NCBI GenBank assembly: GCA_965200715.1
Contig: OZ241374.1
Location: forward strand, 709,697-773,696
Direction of reading: 5' to 3'
Length of the DNA stretch: 64,000 nt
Source of the DNA: Arenicellales bacterium
GTDB taxonomy: Bacteria > Pseudomonadota > Gammaproteobacteria > Arenicellales > Poriferihabitantaceae
The number at the start of each line of letters is the position of its first letter. Position 1 is the stretch's first letter. A program made the translations under genes and the position numbers. The notes beneath the pieces are model-generated. The model searched no databases. It was not told the DNA's origin and was given only the letters and a program-made list of their open reading frames with translations. Shown here piece by piece: positions 60,515 to 64,000 of this stretch.

Positions 60515-60895
60515 TCAGGATACGTCGAGTGCTTTTTCCATGAGATCGGCAAAGCTGATGTATTTAAGCGCATTTTGGTGGGTAGACCGTAAAAACACAC
60601 GTGGGGCAAAACCAGCTTTCAACGCTTCGGCGTAGCGTGGTGCACAGACACACCAACGATCACCATCCTTCAGACCCACAAATCCAAATTCGGGTCGGGG
60701 TGTGCTGAGGTCATTACCTTGCTCTTTACTGAATATGAGAAATTCATCAGTAACTTGAACACAGACTGTATGCGAACCAAAATCCTCTGGTCCTGTTTCA
60801 CAACAACCATTTCGGGTGAATCCTGTAACAGGAGAGAGTGAACATGTCTCCAGTGCTTCTTGTAGGACGTTCAATTGATTTTTTGGCCAATTCAT
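60515..60895 (-). CDS. DUF2237 family protein
   Basis: LNVL...LETCS.SPVTGFTRNGCCETG, FL.FSK..GNDLSTP, GDRWCVCA.R. Confidence 0.95.
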   Translation of the reverse strand: MNWPKNQLNVLQEALETCSLSPVTGFTRNGCCETGPEDFGSHTVCVQVTDEFLIFSKEQGNDLSTPRPEFGFVGLKDGDRWCVCAPRYAEALKAGFAPRVFLRSTHQNALKYISFADLMEKALDVS

Positions 60896-61067
60896 AAAAG
60901 TGTTTGTAAAATAGTTTTTTAACCGCTCCCCCAATTGGGTTCGAGTCATTTGGTAATTATTTCGAAATCAGTCGTGATTGCGATGTGGGCTAGTGTTGAA
61001 TTTAACTATTCATAATCTTAACGAATCCGGGATTGTAAATATACGGATTTTCGATCAGCTCAACAGG

Positions 61068-62651
61068 TCAGAACTTCTCAACCCGAATGTCCAGCAGGTC
61101 TCGCTCTTTTTTGCCAAACACCATTCCGATTAAGTGAATCGGTTCCTTACGGCTTCGATACTTCTTGGCGTAGCCTTTTTCCCGAATCTGTGCAATCGCA
61201 CTGTTGAGACCTGGTTCGGTTCCGGCTTTATTTTCAACCATCTTGAATTCCAACACAAATACCTATCTCTCATGCAAAAGCACCAGGTCCGAGCGACCAT
61301 GTTTGGTTACTTCCTCTACTTTCAGATCAACTTCCGTGGTGCGAAAACAAAGATACAGCAAACTCGCATACCAGGCTTCATAATCTCCAAGATTGGCCTG
61401 GTCATACCAGGTATAAGGAAATTCCGAGAGCAAATCCTGTATCTTCTCCTTGAACATGGAAAAGTTGTTCTCGCCCAACGCCTGAACCAAATCCTCTCCG
61501 GTCGCTGCTACTTCCTTACCGCGCTTGGTCAAGTGCTCCGCTAGCCCAGCATTGAAACTTCTCTGTACTTCATAATTGGGATAGTCCATATGGTACAGAA
61601 TGTTGTCCTTTTTTACTTCCTTTTCTTTGATGGTCAGATATCCAGATTGGAACAGCAAAGCTTCATGACTGAATTGATCCAGTTCGAAATTGGTCACAAG
61701 GTCGGCATCGACTACGCGGTTATCCAGTTGCATGGGACTGACCTGATTATCCTCGAATAACCGATATAGATAGCCCGGCTCTCCAGATTTGAACCAGTGA
61801 GCCCGAAATTCACATTTCTTAAATAGATGGAGAATATCGTGGGGATTGTAGAGTTTCTCATCACCCAGCCAGTGGTAGCCGTTATACCAGATTCGAATCT
61901 TATCTCGGTCCAGCCCTTCCAGTTCCGGTGCAAACACGGTTTCCAAATCCTGATCCGTATATCCGCAAATCGACGCCAAGGGTGGATACAGGCTGATATC
62001 GTCGAGATTGTTTAGACCCGAAGAAAAACTGGTCTTGGAAAACATCGTGATGCCGGTCACAAACACAAAGCGGATGTGTTTTTGAGAACTCTTCAGGATG
62101 CTATAGATTTCTCTCAGACAATCCCGGTTTGCCCGAGCCTTCTCACCATCCTCCAGTACATCCAGAACCGGCTTGTCATATTCATCAACCAACACCACGA
62201 CCTGACGGTCAGTCTTTTGATGCAGAAAGTACAAGACATTCTCCAGTCGCTTGGGAGCAGTACGCACCGCAGGAAAAGTTTTTAGGTCAAATTCTTGCTC
62301 AAATTTATAGAGTTGGTTGAGCACATGATTTTCCAGATGCTCTGGCGTACTGACTTTCCCATCTAAGGTCAGGCGAACAACAGGATACTGGACCGACCAG
62401 TCCCAGTGTGGGTGGATATCCAGGCCTTTAAACAGAGTTTCATTCCCTTCAAACAGTTCCTGTAAGGTATCGACCAGAAGACTTTTGCCGAAGCGACGAG
62501 GTCGAGAGAGAAAGTAGTATCTTCCCTCATTAATCATTTGCCGAATCAGAGGTGTTTTATCGACATAATAGCAACCCTCATGTCGAAGATCAGAAAATGA
62601 TTGATAGCCAATCGGTAACGGACGGCGGTTGGTCTGAATTTCTGTATTCAT
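61068..62651 (-). pseudogene. AAA-ATPase-like / PD-(D/E)XK nuclease with an in-frame TAG
   Basis: ORFs 61263-62651 and 61068-61256 share one frame. Walker A RPRRFGKS and Walker B LVDEYDKP are intact. TAG at 61263-61265 aligns with CAG (Gln) in the 12585 paralogue and lies between GRSD and LEFK. Confidence 0.9.
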
Positions 62652-62785
62652 AATGCGATCATCTTAACATACGCGAAGAAAGTCGCATTTTATTATTGAG
62701 ATGGGTCAATGAATAGGGTTTAGCAGTTGTCTTTTATTAAGTATACCGGATTACAGTTCTTTGGATGATTTGGGAGTTCCAGAAT

Positions 62786-63508
62786 TTAGATTGCTAAAGA
62801 TAGCCAGTTATCAAGTAATTGGGCAGCCGCCCTCTGGGTATTCGCTCGATTGACCTCGATAGATTCAGCAAACTCATTAAATCCTTGTTTGCCCAGCAAA
62901 TTGATGATTGTAGGAACGATATTCGGTATTGAAAGCCATCCTGACATAGTCGACTGACAGACTTCGGGATGAAATTGGACTGAATATGCACGATCACCAA
63001 CGGCCATCGCATGATTTGAGCAGGCACTGCTATTCGCTAGAATCAATGCGTTTTCTGGGGGAGTTAAGACTTCAGCGGTATGCACGTTAGCCCAGAGTAT
63101 GTCATGGGAAATTTTCTCGAATAGCTTGTGCCCAATACCCTCAGAAGTCGGTTGAATTGAGAATGAACCAATTTCAATATGTTTGCTTGGGATGACTTGA
63201 CCACCAAGTGAATCAGCCAGTAATTGATGGCCTAAGCAAATTCCGAAAAAAGGCATATCTCGGTTAAACGCCTGACGAATGGCCTGTTTTTCTTGTGTTA
63301 ACCAAGGGAATTTCTGCTCTTCCCAAACATTCATGCTTCCGCCCATCACCCATAATGCATCGAAATTTCGAATATTGGGAATTAGATCTCCATGATATAG
63401 ATCAATTTCCTCAAAATGAATATTACGCTGAGAAGCATAGTCCCTGAAGATTCCCGGATTCTGGCAGGACATGTGCTTGAATACTAGAATTCTCAGATCA
63501 TGAAGCAT
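62786..63508 (-). CDS. Class I glutamine amidotransferase-like protein
   Basis: WVMGGSM, GICLGHQ, QFHPE; paralogue of 35313-36023. Confidence 0.92.
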   Translation of the reverse strand: MLHDLRILVFKHMSCQNPGIFRDYASQRNIHFEEIDLYHGDLIPNIRNFDALWVMGGSMNVWEEQKFPWLTQEKQAIRQAFNRDMPFFGICLGHQLLADSLGGQVIPSKHIEIGSFSIQPTSEGIGHKLFEKISHDILWANVHTAEVLTPPENALILANSSACSNHAMAVGDRAYSVQFHPEVCQSTMSGWLSIPNIVPTIINLLGKQGFNEFAESIEVNRANTQRAAAQLLDNWLSLAI

Positions 63509-64000
63509 GTTTCAGCTCAAAGGTAAATTCCTTCTCTCCAGAGATCTCGCCTAAAGGATTGTAGTTGGACTCAGTAATTTGGACATCCTTTCCATTAAAC
63601 AGCAAACAGGTCGTGGTCCGAGTTCCATAGTGATTACCGCGAATGAAGATCGGGGAGAAATAGGGTGCGGTACCGGATTTTGAAGAATGGCTGATAGGCA
63701 ATGACTGATCCTGCATAAACTCGGTAAGAATTTGTGTGTTAATCTTGCCACCTTTATTGATCAAGTCCGTTAGCTTTTTGACCCCATGCGACACTTTTGG
63801 CCAAGCCTGATTCATCGGGCCATTGGATACACTATGATACCCATTCGTAAGTGGTGTGAATTCTTGCTCGCAATTACTGTAGGTGTACAGTTTTGAGTAA
63901 TTTCCAAAAATCAGATTAAAAGGTCGGTATGTTTTCCCTTTATCTGTTAGATATCGTTGCGATTTGGAATATGGAGACTCGTCCATTAAGAACAAGCGAA
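63498..64000 (-). CDS. NRDE/TANGO2 (DUF833) family protein, 3' part
   Basis: YRPFNLIFG, HSVSNG...WPKV, SPIFI....YGTRTTT; begins beyond the window end. Confidence 0.9.
   Translation of the reverse strand, partial: RLFLMDESPYSKSQRYLTDKGKTYRPFNLIFGNYSKLYTYSNCEQEFTPLTNGYHSVSNGPMNQAWPKVSHGVKKLTDLINKGGKINTQILTEFMQDQSLPISHSSKSGTAPYFSPIFIRGNHYGTRTTTCLLFNGKDVQITESNYNPLGEISGEKEFTFELKHAS

Noticed and set aside
717-63751. Many 60-160 aa ORF-track entries overlapping identified genes (e.g. 3999-4334, 10970-11500, 22834-23151, 35287-35688, 43334-43723, 46792-47208, 51593-52078, 61134-61544)
   Set aside because: Antisense or alternate-frame shadows of well-supported genes, with no motifs of their own.
1-64000. 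Genome-wide TGA recoding (genetic code 4 or 25), suggested by the in-frame TGAs at 4010 and 4340
   Set aside because: Conserved genes (gatB, mreD, rodA, cfa, the transposase) end at TGA at their expected C-termini, and conserved Trp residues use TGG.
1-64000. CRISPR array or rRNA
   Set aside because: No regularly spaced 23-47 bp repeats and no rRNA-like sequence; the only tandem repeat seen is the 15-mer at 42699.

Overview
Chromosomal segment of a gammaproteobacterium, moderately AT-rich and probably marine and host-associated (lineage and lifestyle are inferred). Intact housekeeping genes: serC (partial), serA, asd, tRNA-Arg(UCG), gatCAB, mreBCD-mrdA-rodA-mltB, sufSE, nadX. Accessory metabolic blocks: (1) a cfa/DUF1365/FAD-oxidoreductase lipid-modification cluster resembling furan fatty acid (ufa) loci; (2) amine/betaine catabolism genes, including a Rieske oxygenase co-transcribed with a ProVW transporter, with ProX nearby; (3) a circularly permuted ATP-grasp / alpha-E / transglutaminase operon followed by sseA rather than Anbu. 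Between these lie one apparently intact IS4-superfamily element with IRs and a 6-bp target duplication, two relics of it, a frameshifted IS1380 and a Tn5-like IS4 relic. There are four disrupted AAA-type ATPase genes plus one intact one, and three decayed toxin-antitoxin remnants that the ORF track misses. No CRISPR array or rRNA was seen. Best leads: tRNA-Arg(UCG) with CGA-rich codon usage, the Rieske/betaine-transporter locus, the Anbu-less ATP-grasp operon, the TATAA-targeting IS, and an orphan secreted Cys-rich protein. Family assignments come from motif recognition by eye; no database searches were run.
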